In this document: one piece after another, positions 18,630 to 26,663 of the stretch
How the letters are laid out: each line of letters starts with the position of its first letter
How positions within the stretch are numbered: position 1 is the stretch's first letter
Source: a virus
Strand: one strand, 5' to 3'
DNA length: 64,000 nucleotides
IMG/VR virus record: IMGVR_UViG_2667527373_000007
Coordinates: 2,547 to 66,546 of that record
The notes under the pieces: model-generated
Told to the model about the DNA's origin: nothing
What the model saw: the letters and a program-made list of their open reading frames with translations, nothing else
The model's database searches: none
Made by a program: the position numbers and the translations under genes

Positions 18630-20543
18630 TTATCGACCAACAACTTCACTGAAGGAAACTCCAGTTCTTGTTGCAGTGACAGTAACTGTTACATAATTAA
18701 TCGAACGTGTTGGCTTGAGGAACAATTCCGCAACGAACTCGTTTCTGTCAATTACTTCAGGTGTGTTATTCGACTCATCGCAAACAACTAAGAAGTCAGT
18801 TAAACCTCTACGTGCTTGTACCTCTGAAAGGTATGACGCAATAGCAGCATTGAAGTTACTACGTGTAGTAGTATCGTTTTGCTCGAATAGTACTCCTTCA
18901 GCAAGACCTCTTGCTCTCTTCTCAATATTGAGGAACAAACGACGAACGTTAATTCTGTCGAATGCAGATGGAGAAGCAAGTGCTGTCTTATCACCAAATA
19001 GAACAGGACCAGCACCAGGGAATGATACTATTGGGTTAATTCTATTTGAATAAAGTTCGTCACGAGCTGCCTTATTTGGATTAAGGGCAAGTTTCACAAC
19101 GTTTTGAACTCCTCCACGATTTAATCCAGCAGGAGAAATCCAGTCATCGAGAATGCTGGAAGTAGATACACAAAGACCAGCAACGTCACCGTTACATGGA
19201 ATCCAACGATACTTATCATTGAATCTGTCATATGTATACTTAACACCACTGTCTAGAACAACATATGAACTAGAAGAAATACCAGCCAAGTAATCAACTG
19301 TATTGCTCAACTGATCAGCAGGAGATAATGCAGCACCACCAGATGTTGCAACCTGAGTTCCAGTCCAAGGTGAAATAAATGCTACACAATCCTTTCTGCT
19401 ATTAGCAACAGCAGCGCAGTTAGCAGCTTTTGACTTAGTATCTGTTTCATCAGCAGCATCACCACCACTAATGATAAAGTCAACAGTAGTATCTTCTGTA
19501 TCTAAGAATAGATCATATGCAGCATTGATCTCTCCAGCAGTATATGCATAATCATCTGTACCACCAGAAAGTGTTCCACCAGCATCTCCACGAATAGCAG
19601 AGAATGTCTTAGGTGCTCCAGATGTTGCACCATAAGATGCAGCAGCAGAACCAGGATCCTCTCCTAATGTTGTTGTCTGGTTAGCAGCAAGTCCAGCAGC
19701 ATATATGTAAGAAGATGATAGATTAACAGCATCTTGCCAGAAAGATGATCCACCTTCAGGTGTCTTACCATCTGAAATCTTGGAAAGATATGTTAGTCTC
19801 TCAACGATTGTATTTGTGCTCTCATCAACAACTGCAACGTGAACTTCATCTTTAGAAAGCCAACGCTCTGATGCAAATGCAGATGTTCCTGGACGAGGAG
19901 CAATTGCTTTATATGTTAAACCTGTTGATCCGATTGGAAGTGCGTTCCAGTCAGATGCAGTAAAATCAGAAATTACATAACTGTTACCAGATGCAGCAGT
20001 TGCACTACCTGAACGTATACCAACTGTATTAGCATCTATAACATGAGTTACTTGGTGATCATTTGTAGTTCCGTCATCAAGTGCGTCCCCTACTGATAAT
20101 CCATGACCTGCTTTAACTGCCTTCTTGTCAGGACCGTTATCTACAATAACAACTCTAAGATTGTTACCGTCAGCACCTGCATCTCTTGCAGCGAACTGTT
20201 CTCCTGATCCAACACCAGCATCATATGCATCTTTGTCTGAAATGAGAACTGCTGTTCCATCCAGCGTTGCGTTGAGAACTCCTGTTGCAGCACGTACTAC
20301 TGCTAGTCTTCCACCATATCTTAAGAATTCTGATGCGACTAACCAGTCAGCAGCATTAGCCTCAGCTGGTGCTCCAAACGTATCAATTAGTTCTCTCTCG
20401 GAACCAATTGGTGTAATTTTGCCTACGGGTCCGCTACGGAATGAAGAAGCAAATGCACCAGTTATTGATGATGCTCCTTGAACAACCGCGTTGGATAAAT
20501 CACGTTCTTTAATAACAATACCAGGCGAGACTTGACTTGCCAT
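18630..20543 (-). CDS. gp18: tail sheath protein
   Basis: MASQVSPGIVIKERD, WISPAGLNRG, GDKT, RINVRRLF, LKPTRSINYV. Confidence 0.96.
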   Translation of the reverse strand: MASQVSPGIVIKERDLSNAVVQGASSITGAFASSFRSGPVGKITPIGSERELIDTFGAPAEANAADWLVASEFLRYGGRLAVVRAATGVLNATLDGTAVLISDKDAYDAGVGSGEQFAARDAGADGNNLRVVIVDNGPDKKAVKAGHGLSVGDALDDGTTNDHQVTHVIDANTVGIRSGSATAASGNSYVISDFTASDWNALPIGSTGLTYKAIAPRPGTSAFASERWLSKDEVHVAVVDESTNTIVERLTYLSKISDGKTPEGGSSFWQDAVNLSSSYIYAAGLAANQTTTLGEDPGSAAASYGATSGAPKTFSAIRGDAGGTLSGGTDDYAYTAGEINAAYDLFLDTEDTTVDFIISGGDAADETDTKSKAANCAAVANSRKDCVAFISPWTGTQVATSGGAALSPADQLSNTVDYLAGISSSSYVVLDSGVKYTYDRFNDKYRWIPCNGDVAGLCVSTSSILDDWISPAGLNRGGVQNVVKLALNPNKAARDELYSNRINPIVSFPGAGPVLFGDKTALASPSAFDRINVRRLFLNIEKRARGLAEGVLFEQNDTTTRSNFNAAIASYLSEVQARRGLTDFLVVCDESNNTPEVIDRNEFVAELFLKPTRSINYVTVTVTATRTGVSFSEVVGR

Positions 20544-20603
20544 GTTTTTACCTCTGATAATACCGAATTTACCTTTAAGTATTTAGAATTTAAAAAAGTT
20601 CAT

Positions 20604-22256
20604 TCAGAAATTCCACATGTAAGACACTTCCTCTTGCTTGTCTCCATATGCCCAGAGATCCCCCTCTGCATCTAGATATGTGTCATCTCCCATCCCATCA
20701 TCAATGAATCCAAATGGAGCCATGTCCTGTTCTATCTGGTTTCTTTGTTCTTCATAGATTCTTCTTCTTACATCAAGATCTGTCATCTCCTTGAAATAAT
20801 CTTGCATACACAACCATGCAAATATAACTAAACACATTACCAAGTCATCATGGTATCCATCATCTGCTTCCCAACATTGTTTTCTCTGAATGAATGTTGT
20901 TAGTTCTCTTAATATATCAAAATCACTGAAAGTTAATTTATCATCTTCTATAATTGCTTTAAGATTTGCACACCCTTGTTTCTTAACAGTGATACTCATC
21001 TTAACTCCTAATTGAGTCTTGTTACCAGAGAACCCTTGACCTACTACTTGACCTGCTCTACCTCTCATAGAACACATGAGTACATTAGGATATTCAAGAT
21101 CGTAGTTTAATGTTGCTGCTATACTATCTCCTATGTCATTTACCTCAACCAAGACATAAGGATTATTATATTCTTTACATACCTGTAATATCACGGAGGG
21201 AAACATGACAGGTTTAATCTCATTATTACGGTACTTGGCAACGATTTGATACGGGAGAGTGGTGATATCAAACACGACAAAAGCACTGTAGTCGCCACCG
21301 ATTCCTCTGGCAACATCGACAGTAATAATATATTCGTGATCCTTTTCTGCTCTCTTATATACGTCAAGTCCAGCATTGCTTAATATGGGGTCAGTGAATG
21401 GTATTGCTTGCAGTTTAGATGGAGATATTAATGTATCAGCAGATCCAAGAAAGTCACATTCAAACTCCTGTGCAAACTGTCTCTTAGAAGTATTCTTTAA
21501 TGTCTCTTCTTTCCACTTAGCATCTCTACCTGGTACTTGAGACCAGTGTACTTCATTAGTAGTATAACCATTCTTACCATTCCTAGCATCTTCCCACATC
21601 TTATAGAAGTGGTTCATACCATTTGGTGTAGATATGATTATTACTTTCGTTGACTTACCAGAAGTAATAGTAGGATAAACAGAGGCAAAGAATTGCTCCG
21701 CAACATGGTTTGGAACGAAGGCGAACTCGTCGAGGAAGAGGATATTGAACGACATGCCTCGGACAGCACTTGCAGACGTAGAAGCAGCCAGTATCTTTGA
21801 CCCGTTTTCAAGTTCGACATTACCTTTGTTCCATACTAATATTCCGTGTTGCATCCATTTTGGTAGATTCTCATATGCTAATTGTAATCTACCTAATAGT
21901 TCCCTTGCAGTAGATGCTTTGTTAGCCAGAATACCAATGTTAACACTGTCATTAAAGATAGCGTAATGTAAGAGGTAAGCAACAACCGTGGTTGACTTGC
22001 CAGTTTGTCTAGGAAGTTTTGCAATGTTAAATCTGTTATTATGAAAATCCATCATGATATCCTTCTGGAAATCATACATGGTGAAAGGAACTAATCCTTC
22101 ATCAAGGTTGATGATTTGAATATAGTTTAATGCAAAATACAATGGATCTTCTTTACACTTTATCCATTCTTGTACTTGCTTCTTAGTAAATTGTATCTCA
22201 GTACCCGCCTTCTTCAGGTTGGGGTTACCTAAGTATACATCAGTTGCAGCAGCCAT
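20604..22256 (-). CDS. gp17: terminase large subunit
   Basis: YLGNPNLKK, PRQTGKST, LFLDEFAFV, TVDVARGIGGDYS, HDDLVM. Confidence 0.97.
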   Translation of the reverse strand: MAAATDVYLGNPNLKKAGTEIQFTKKQVQEWIKCKEDPLYFALNYIQIINLDEGLVPFTMYDFQKDIMMDFHNNRFNIAKLPRQTGKSTTVVAYLLHYAIFNDSVNIGILANKASTARELLGRLQLAYENLPKWMQHGILVWNKGNVELENGSKILAASTSASAVRGMSFNILFLDEFAFVPNHVAEQFFASVYPTITSGKSTKVIIISTPNGMNHFYKMWEDARNGKNGYTTNEVHWSQVPGRDAKWKEETLKNTSKRQFAQEFECDFLGSADTLISPSKLQAIPFTDPILSNAGLDVYKRAEKDHEYIITVDVARGIGGDYSAFVVFDITTLPYQIVAKYRNNEIKPVMFPSVILQVCKEYNNPYVLVEVNDIGDSIAATLNYDLEYPNVLMCSMRGRAGQVVGQGFSGNKTQLGVKMSITVKKQGCANLKAIIEDDKLTFSDFDILRELTTFIQRKQCWEADDGYHDDLVMCLVIFAWLCMQDYFKEMTDLDVRRRIYEEQRNQIEQDMAPFGFIDDGMGDDTYLDAEGDLWAYGDKQEEVSYMWNF

Positions 22257-22277
22257 ACATAAGACTCTTTACATATA

Positions 22278-22285
22278 TATTTATT
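22278..22285 (-). promoter_or_regulatory. T4-type late promoter (AATAAATA) for gp17
   Basis: Between the tRNA 3' end and the gp17 start. Confidence 0.55.
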
Positions 22286-22292
22286 CATGGAA

Positions 22293-22378
22293 CTGTGAGG
22301 GGTGGAGTCGAACCACCAAGTCCCGCCAGAGACATCAGGGAAACAACCTGACACGTTTACCAGTTTCGTCACCTCACA
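22293..22378 (-). tRNA. tRNA-Asn(GUU) with long variable arm and U37 (atypical)
   Basis: TGTGAGG/CCTCACA acceptor stem (U1-A72), G73, D arm ACG-AAACTGGTAAA-CGT, anticodon arm TCAGG-TTGTTTC-CCTGA, variable arm GTCTC-TGGC-GGGAC, T arm GGTGG-TTCGACT-CCACC; followed by TTCCA. Confidence 0.85.
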
Positions 22379-22382
22379 AAGA

Positions 22383-22400
22383 AGCCCTTATTTAAGGGCT
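22383..22400 (-). other. hairpin spanning the synthetase-paralogue stop codon, 4 nt before the tRNA
   Basis: Minus strand AGCCCTT-AAAT-AAGGGCT then TCTT; contains a TAAATA late-promoter-like core. Confidence 0.45.
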
Positions 22401-23188
22401 GAGATTAGACGAGTGACTCCTATACCACCTCCAGAACGAGGGAAGAAATCAAAGGAGAGGAACTTCTCAAGTTCATCTTCTACTCTTTCCTTACCAAACT
22501 TATCAATAATAAGTTGAGCATATCCACCATTTGATATGGTGTAGAATGTATCACGCATCTGTTTCTTATCGGTACTTCTTTCAGCACTACCGATAGTTTC
22601 CATGCCACCTAATATAACATCAATCTTTCTACTAGTACCATCATCATTCCTAGACATATTCCAAAATGGTGATGTCCATTCTGGAAACTCTGTAATCATT
22701 CCTCGACCAATCATTTTCTCATGGTCATGATTAAGTTCTTTAGTATTAAATTTATTAGCCCAATCATCATAAGTCTTGATCTTATTCTGTTCGTCTAATG
22801 GTATACCTAACCATCTACACAATTCAATCTCCATCTCTTCTAATTCTTTAACACCTCCCTTCATCTCAAACTCAAACATAGGGAAGATTGTTTCATGTCT
22901 TCCTGGTACAGGATTAGGTTCTGCTCTATATGAAGTAGAGACACAGAAAAACCCTTCAGCTGAAGGGTTGGAAAGTAATTCGTGCTCTAACCACATCTGA
23001 CCTGTTTGAGGTAGTGGCCAAATATTACCACCGTAATTATATGATGCTACTGTTTCAGGGTCTTCACATGCAGCAAGGATACTCAATCTATTCTGAGTAT
23101 GTACTTCATAGAAATTCTTAGACAAAAAAAATGACCGTAATTCGGTCACCGCATCCGTGAATTCTTTTGGATCAATCAGACTTGTCAT
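22388..23188 (-). CDS. class IIb (Asp/Asn/Lys) aminoacyl-tRNA synthetase catalytic-core paralogue (AsnRS-like / AS-AR-like), no anticodon-binding domain
   Basis: Motif 1-like ELRSFFLSKNFYEVHT, LPQTGQMWLE, motif 2 YRAEP...RHETIFPMFEFE, DVILGGMETIGSAERS, motif 3 PRSGGGIGVTRL; only 266 aa. Confidence 0.85.
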   Translation of the reverse strand: MTSLIDPKEFTDAVTELRSFFLSKNFYEVHTQNRLSILAACEDPETVASYNYGGNIWPLPQTGQMWLEHELLSNPSAEGFFCVSTSYRAEPNPVPGRHETIFPMFEFEMKGGVKELEEMEIELCRWLGIPLDEQNKIKTYDDWANKFNTKELNHDHEKMIGRGMITEFPEWTSPFWNMSRNDDGTSRKIDVILGGMETIGSAERSTDKKQMRDTFYTISNGGYAQLIIDKFGKERVEDELEKFLSFDFFPRSGGGIGVTRLISALK

Positions 23189-23207
23189 TATTTTTAGTCA
23201 AACTAGT

Positions 23208-23303
23208 TTATTTAGCAGATGGAGTATTCAAAATGAATATCCAAATGAAAAATAATATTATAATTGTGAGTATCCTAATATTCTCTGCGTTAACTACTAT
23301 CAC
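23208..23303 (-). CDS. small hydrophobic peptide (31 aa)
   Basis: Manual translation from GTG: MIVVNAENIRILTIIILFFIWIFILNTPSAK; GTGA overlap with the NifU stop. Confidence 0.45.
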   Translation of the reverse strand: MIVVNAENIRILTIIILFFIWIFILNTPSAK

Positions 23304-23602
23304 AATACTTGAATTACACCTTTAACATCTGGTATTTCTTGCATCAACTTAGCTTCTATACCTTGCTTTAATGTTATGGAACTCATTGCACAACTAGAAC
23401 AAGCACCGCCAAGTCTTACCTTAACGAATGCTCCTTCTGCTTGATAGTCTGTCTCAACATATTCTAACCATCCACCATCTGCTTCAATATATGGTAACAG
23501 TTCTTCTAGAACTGCTATTACATTTTCATCTGTTAATTCCATATGTGTTGCCAGATAATGCTGTCTTTTAAGATACTCGTACTGATCGTCACTATGACTC
23601 AT
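23300..23602 (-). CDS. NifU C-terminal / NfuA-like Fe-S carrier domain protein
   Basis: LPYIEADGG.LEYV....VKVRLGGACSSC..S.ITLKQGIE; the likely start is ATG 23602, which overlaps the SNase stop, rather than 23695. Confidence 0.85.
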   Translation of the reverse strand: MSHSDDQYEYLKRQHYLATHMELTDENVIAVLEELLPYIEADGGWLEYVETDYQAEGAFVKVRLGGACSSCAMSSITLKQGIEAKLMQEIPDVKGVIQVL

Positions 23603-24059
23603 CGAGAGTCCCATGAGCTCTACGAATTTCTCGTAACTCTTCAAAATCTTTCTTCTTAGTTCCACCATCATATTCCCAAGCATATCCTTCAGCAATCATC
23701 TGCTCGTTCAATGAAATATCAGAATCGCCAACATAGAGCCAACCAAGAAGCCTACCATACTTCCCAACGCCACCAACAAGTTCTGTTCTAATAGTGAGTT
23801 CATTTGGTGAGTTCTCCACAGTATCAGTTAGTGTTCCCTTCATCCAATTCGTAGCGTCGATCCCCAGTGCTTTCTCCTCTAGGTCCCTCGTGCGTTTCTC
23901 TGGTGTGTCCACACCCGCTATCCTTACCCTCTCCTTTTTGTAAAGGTCGAAACCAAGATCTATCGTGACATCTATCGTGTCTCCATCCAGTACTTTGTCT
24001 ATCGAAACTACTCGAAAGTTGTAACAACTCTTCCGACTCGGTGGTATCATTGCTCCCAT
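23592..24059 (-). CDS. staphylococcal nuclease (thermonuclease) family protein
   Basis: VLDGDTIDVTID, RVRIAGVDTPE, GKYGRLLG, MIAEGYAWEY; likely start MGAM at 24059. Confidence 0.9.
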   Translation of the reverse strand: MGAMIPPSRKSCYNFRVVSIDKVLDGDTIDVTIDLGFDLYKKERVRIAGVDTPEKRTRDLEEKALGIDATNWMKGTLTDTVENSPNELTIRTELVGGVGKYGRLLGWLYVGDSDISLNEQMIAEGYAWEYDGGTKKKDFEELREIRRAHGTLDES

Positions 24060-24432
24060 CTTTATATTCTGCAAGTGAGCTATTTATCATATCTTCAACA
24101 GGAGTACGTTCCTTCTCCATTTTCCATTTACGAATAGAATCCACCATATGATTATATGTTTCTTGAATTACCAAAGGATTCTTTTCTCTACTATCAACAT
24201 AAACAATCTTTCCATTTTCAAAGTCATCAATGTACCTTGGTGCAGCATCTGCATCTGGTGCAAACGCAGTAGATCCTATAATACCACCAGCACCAATGCC
24301 AACAGCACTGACAATAGCAACTACTTTTTCATTGGCACGAACTCTAAGAGTGAGTTCCTTCACATGACCCATCATGTGTTCCACCTTCGCTTCCAAGATT
24401 GCTATCTTCGTTTCTTGACTGTGTTCCGTCAT
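23824..24432 (-). CDS. membrane-anchored coiled-coil hypothetical protein with overprinted C-terminus
   Basis: ETKIAILEAKVEHM coiled coil, hydrophobic VVAIVSAVGIGAGGIIG segment; the last ~78 codons overlap the SNase gene. Confidence 0.65.
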   Translation of the reverse strand: MTEHSQETKIAILEAKVEHMMGHVKELTLRVRANEKVVAIVSAVGIGAGGIIGSTAFAPDADAAPRYIDDFENGKIVYVDSREKNPLVIQETYNHMVDSIRKWKMEKERTPVEDMINSSLAEYKDGSNDTTESEELLQLSSSFDRQSTGWRHDRCHDRSWFRPLQKGEGKDSGCGHTRETHEGPRGESTGDRRYELDEGNTN

Positions 24433-24535
24433 TTGGCCAAAAATCATCATACTTAAATATGTAGTAGATAACTACACCTACTGCTACTAACAGTATAGCA
24501 CACATTATATTAATAGACCAAACTACGTCTACCAT
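24344..24535 (-). CDS. small membrane protein
   Basis: 63 aa; TM segment VVWSINIMCAILLVAVGVVIYYIF; coupled to the purM stop. Confidence 0.65.
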   Translation of the reverse strand: MVDVVWSINIMCAILLVAVGVVIYYIFKYDDFWPNDGTQSRNEDSNLGSEGGTHDGSCEGTHS

Positions 24536-25425
24536 ACTTCTCCTATCTGAAGACCATAATCAATTTCAGGTGGAACTATCAGTACATAACCAATACCCAT
24601 ATTAAAAACTCTCTTCATTTCTTCTTCTGGTATCTCACCAGCAAGCATAACCTTACTGAAGATCTCTGGAAGATTCCAAGAATTATAATCAATACGTGCT
24701 GTCAATCCTTCAGGTATAATCCTATTAATATTCTCTTCTATTCCACCACCTGTTATATGTGCCATACCTACAATAGGTATCTCATCTAATAACTCATCTA
24801 TTTGTTTTGCATAGATTGTAGTAGGAGTAATTAACTCAGGTGTATCCTTATAGTATATCTTATGCCTCCATAACATATCATTAATCAGACTATATCCATT
24901 ACTATGGAGTCCACTACTAGGAAGACCAATTATCTTATCACCTTTTTTGATAAGACTACCATCTAATATCTCATTCTTCTCTACAACACCCGTACAAAAT
25001 CCTGCAAGATCAATATCTTTTGCAAACCTACCATGTTCAGCAGTCTCTCCACCTATAAGTTCGCAACCTGCAATCTCACATCCCTTGAGTATGCCAACCA
25101 TAAGGTCAGCAACTCTATCATCTAATTTTACACAAGAAACATAATCTAAAAAGTATAATGGTTTAGCACCACATGTAATTACATCATTGACACACATGGC
25201 AACGAGGTCTATACCAATAGTAGTATAGTCACCAAATACTTGTGCCATATTAATTTTAGTACCTACACCATCAGTACCAGATACTAAAACAGGCTCCTCG
25301 TAACCACGAGGAACCTCAAACATACCACCAAATCCACCTATAGAAGGTGCTTTTGTTTTTAAGTTTTTGACAAATTCATTTCCAGCATCTATGTCAACAC
25401 CAGAGTCTTTATAATTCATAATCAA
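24529..25425 (-). CDS. purM: phosphoribosylaminoimidazole (AIR) synthetase
   Basis: YKDSGVDIDAG, SGTDGVGTK, DLVAMCVND, GGETAE, SSGLHSNGYSL, AHITGGG, FNMGIG. Confidence 0.96.
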   Translation of the reverse strand: MIMNYKDSGVDIDAGNEFVKNLKTKAPSIGGFGGMFEVPRGYEEPVLVSGTDGVGTKINMAQVFGDYTTIGIDLVAMCVNDVITCGAKPLYFLDYVSCVKLDDRVADLMVGILKGCEIAGCELIGGETAEHGRFAKDIDLAGFCTGVVEKNEILDGSLIKKGDKIIGLPSSGLHSNGYSLINDMLWRHKIYYKDTPELITPTTIYAKQIDELLDEIPIVGMAHITGGGIEENINRIIPEGLTARIDYNSWNLPEIFSKVMLAGEIPEEEMKRVFNMGIGYVLIVPPEIDYGLQIGEVW

Positions 25426-25622
25426 TCAGTTATTCCATATTGTGTTAGATCGTACTTGGGCAACCTTAATGGTTCATGTTTAACTACAGGTGGTTTACCT
25501 ATTATATCCTCAACTTCACCTACTATCTTTTTCTTAGAAATATGATATGGTGTTGGTGCATTTTGTAAACACACTTGTAAGCATAGTAGTTGTTCGTCAG
25601 TAAAAGTAAACGTATTACTCAA
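25422..25622 (-). CDS. hypothetical protein
   Basis: 66-aa ORF coupled to petE and purM. Confidence 0.7.
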   Translation of the reverse strand: MSNTFTFTDEQLLCLQVCLQNAPTPYHISKKKIVGEVEDIIGKPPVVKHEPLRLPKYDLTQYGITD

Positions 25623-25995
25623 CGTGGATAACTCCTTTCATACCTGCACCAGCATGAGGTTCACATTGAAACTCATAATTACCTGCTTCATTAAAGGTAA
25701 CTGGAAATTGTTCTCCACTCATAAATGCTAAGTCAGAATGACTTAACTCATCGTGCTCAAGGAAAACTACATTGTGTGGTGGCAAATCACCATTCACGAA
25801 TGTAACTGTATCACCTACTTTAACTGTAAGTTCATTAGGTTCAAAGACTAGATTGCCTCCTGAACCCATTTGTATAGTATCAGCAGCATATGCTGATGCT
25901 GCTAATGAAAATGATAAAAATAATGCACTTAGCATTATTGTAAGTCTACTCATCCACCACATAATTTCGTGTTTGTGTTTTGTAATAGTTGTCAT
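25615..25995 (-). CDS. petE: plastocyanin
   Basis: Signal peptide ending AYA, LVFEP, PPHNVVF, copper ligands CEPHAGAGM. Confidence 0.95.
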   Translation of the reverse strand: MTTITKHKHEIMWWMSRLTIMLSALFLSFSLAASAYAADTIQMGSGGNLVFEPNELTVKVGDTVTFVNGDLPPHNVVFLEHDELSHSDLAFMSGEQFPVTFNEAGNYEFQCEPHAGAGMKGVIHVE

Positions 25996-25998
25996 TAT

Positions 25999-26223
25999 TT
26001 AGTGTCCCATTGGAATGCCAGCTTCCATAAGACGAGAGATGTTATCAATCTCTTCGTTATTGCAGTAATCAACAAAATGAGGATGTGCTTGTAGAAAAGG
26101 CACATCCTCTTTTGAGTGTTCTATTGCATCGTATGCACTCATGGCATACTCGCATATTTCATAATGCTTAAGTTCTAAGTCGTGATAACCGACTGTGTAA
26201 TGTCGCTGTTGAGTCAGGGGCAT
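25999..26223 (-). CDS. hypothetical protein
   Basis: 74 aa, directly downstream of a perfect late promoter. Confidence 0.7.
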   Translation of the reverse strand: MPLTQQRHYTVGYHDLELKHYEICEYAMSAYDAIEHSKEDVPFLQAHPHFVDYCNNEEIDNISRLMEAGIPMGH

Positions 26224-26249
26224 GATCTTTCAATCCCGTACTATGCATA

Positions 26250-26257
26250 TATTTATA
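26250..26257 (-). promoter_or_regulatory. T4 late promoter TATAAATA
   Basis: Exact consensus (plus-strand tatttata) 27 nt upstream of the ORF at 26223. Confidence 0.7.
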
Positions 26258-26282
26258 GATTTTCAGTAGTAACAAATACTTA

Positions 26283-26663
26283 TTAATGTCTCCATCTGCT
26301 AACAAGTAATTCCACAGATCCATTGACATCTCTAGCTTCGCTCTCTATGACATAACCTTCTTCATTAGTCTGTCTTTTTATTTTTTCAATAGCATACTGT
26401 TGTGTCAGCTTATCAATAAATCTACTGACAGGTACATCAAGATCCCAAGCATCCAACTCAGCAACTAATTCATACTGTTCACCAGTCCACTTGAATCCTA
26501 CCTCATTATTCAGTGCAACCTCAACCTGCCATTGCTTATGATCATGTCCTTCTGGATTGATCAATAAAGCATCTTCTTTTGTTTCATGTCCTAAAGTATT
26601 CAACGCACTTAATAAGGACTCTTTACACTTTAACTTTGTTTTGATTGTACTGAAGTGAGACAT
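26283..26663 (-). CDS. DUF1257 / Ycf35-like protein
   Basis: MSHFSTIKTKL...L..AL..LG, GFKWTGEQYELVAELDAW, LTQQYA, GYVIESE..DVNGSVELLVSRW. Confidence 0.8.
   Translation of the reverse strand: MSHFSTIKTKLKCKESLLSALNTLGHETKEDALLINPEGHDHKQWQVEVALNNEVGFKWTGEQYELVAELDAWDLDVPVSRFIDKLTQQYAIEKIKRQTNEEGYVIESEARDVNGSVELLVSRWRH

Noticed and set aside
8940-22256. Inteins or introns in uvsW, gp20, gp23 or gp17
   Set aside because: Protein lengths and motif spacing are continuous and of ordinary size; no splice or intein signatures seen.
22302-22517. 71-aa plus-strand ORF
   Set aside because: It lies antisense to the tRNA and the synthetase paralogue, which explain the sequence.
23603-23695. N-terminal extension of the NifU ORF overlapping the SNase 3' end
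   Set aside because: It is an SNase frame shadow; an ATG at 23602 overlapping the SNase stop gives a more plausible coupled start.
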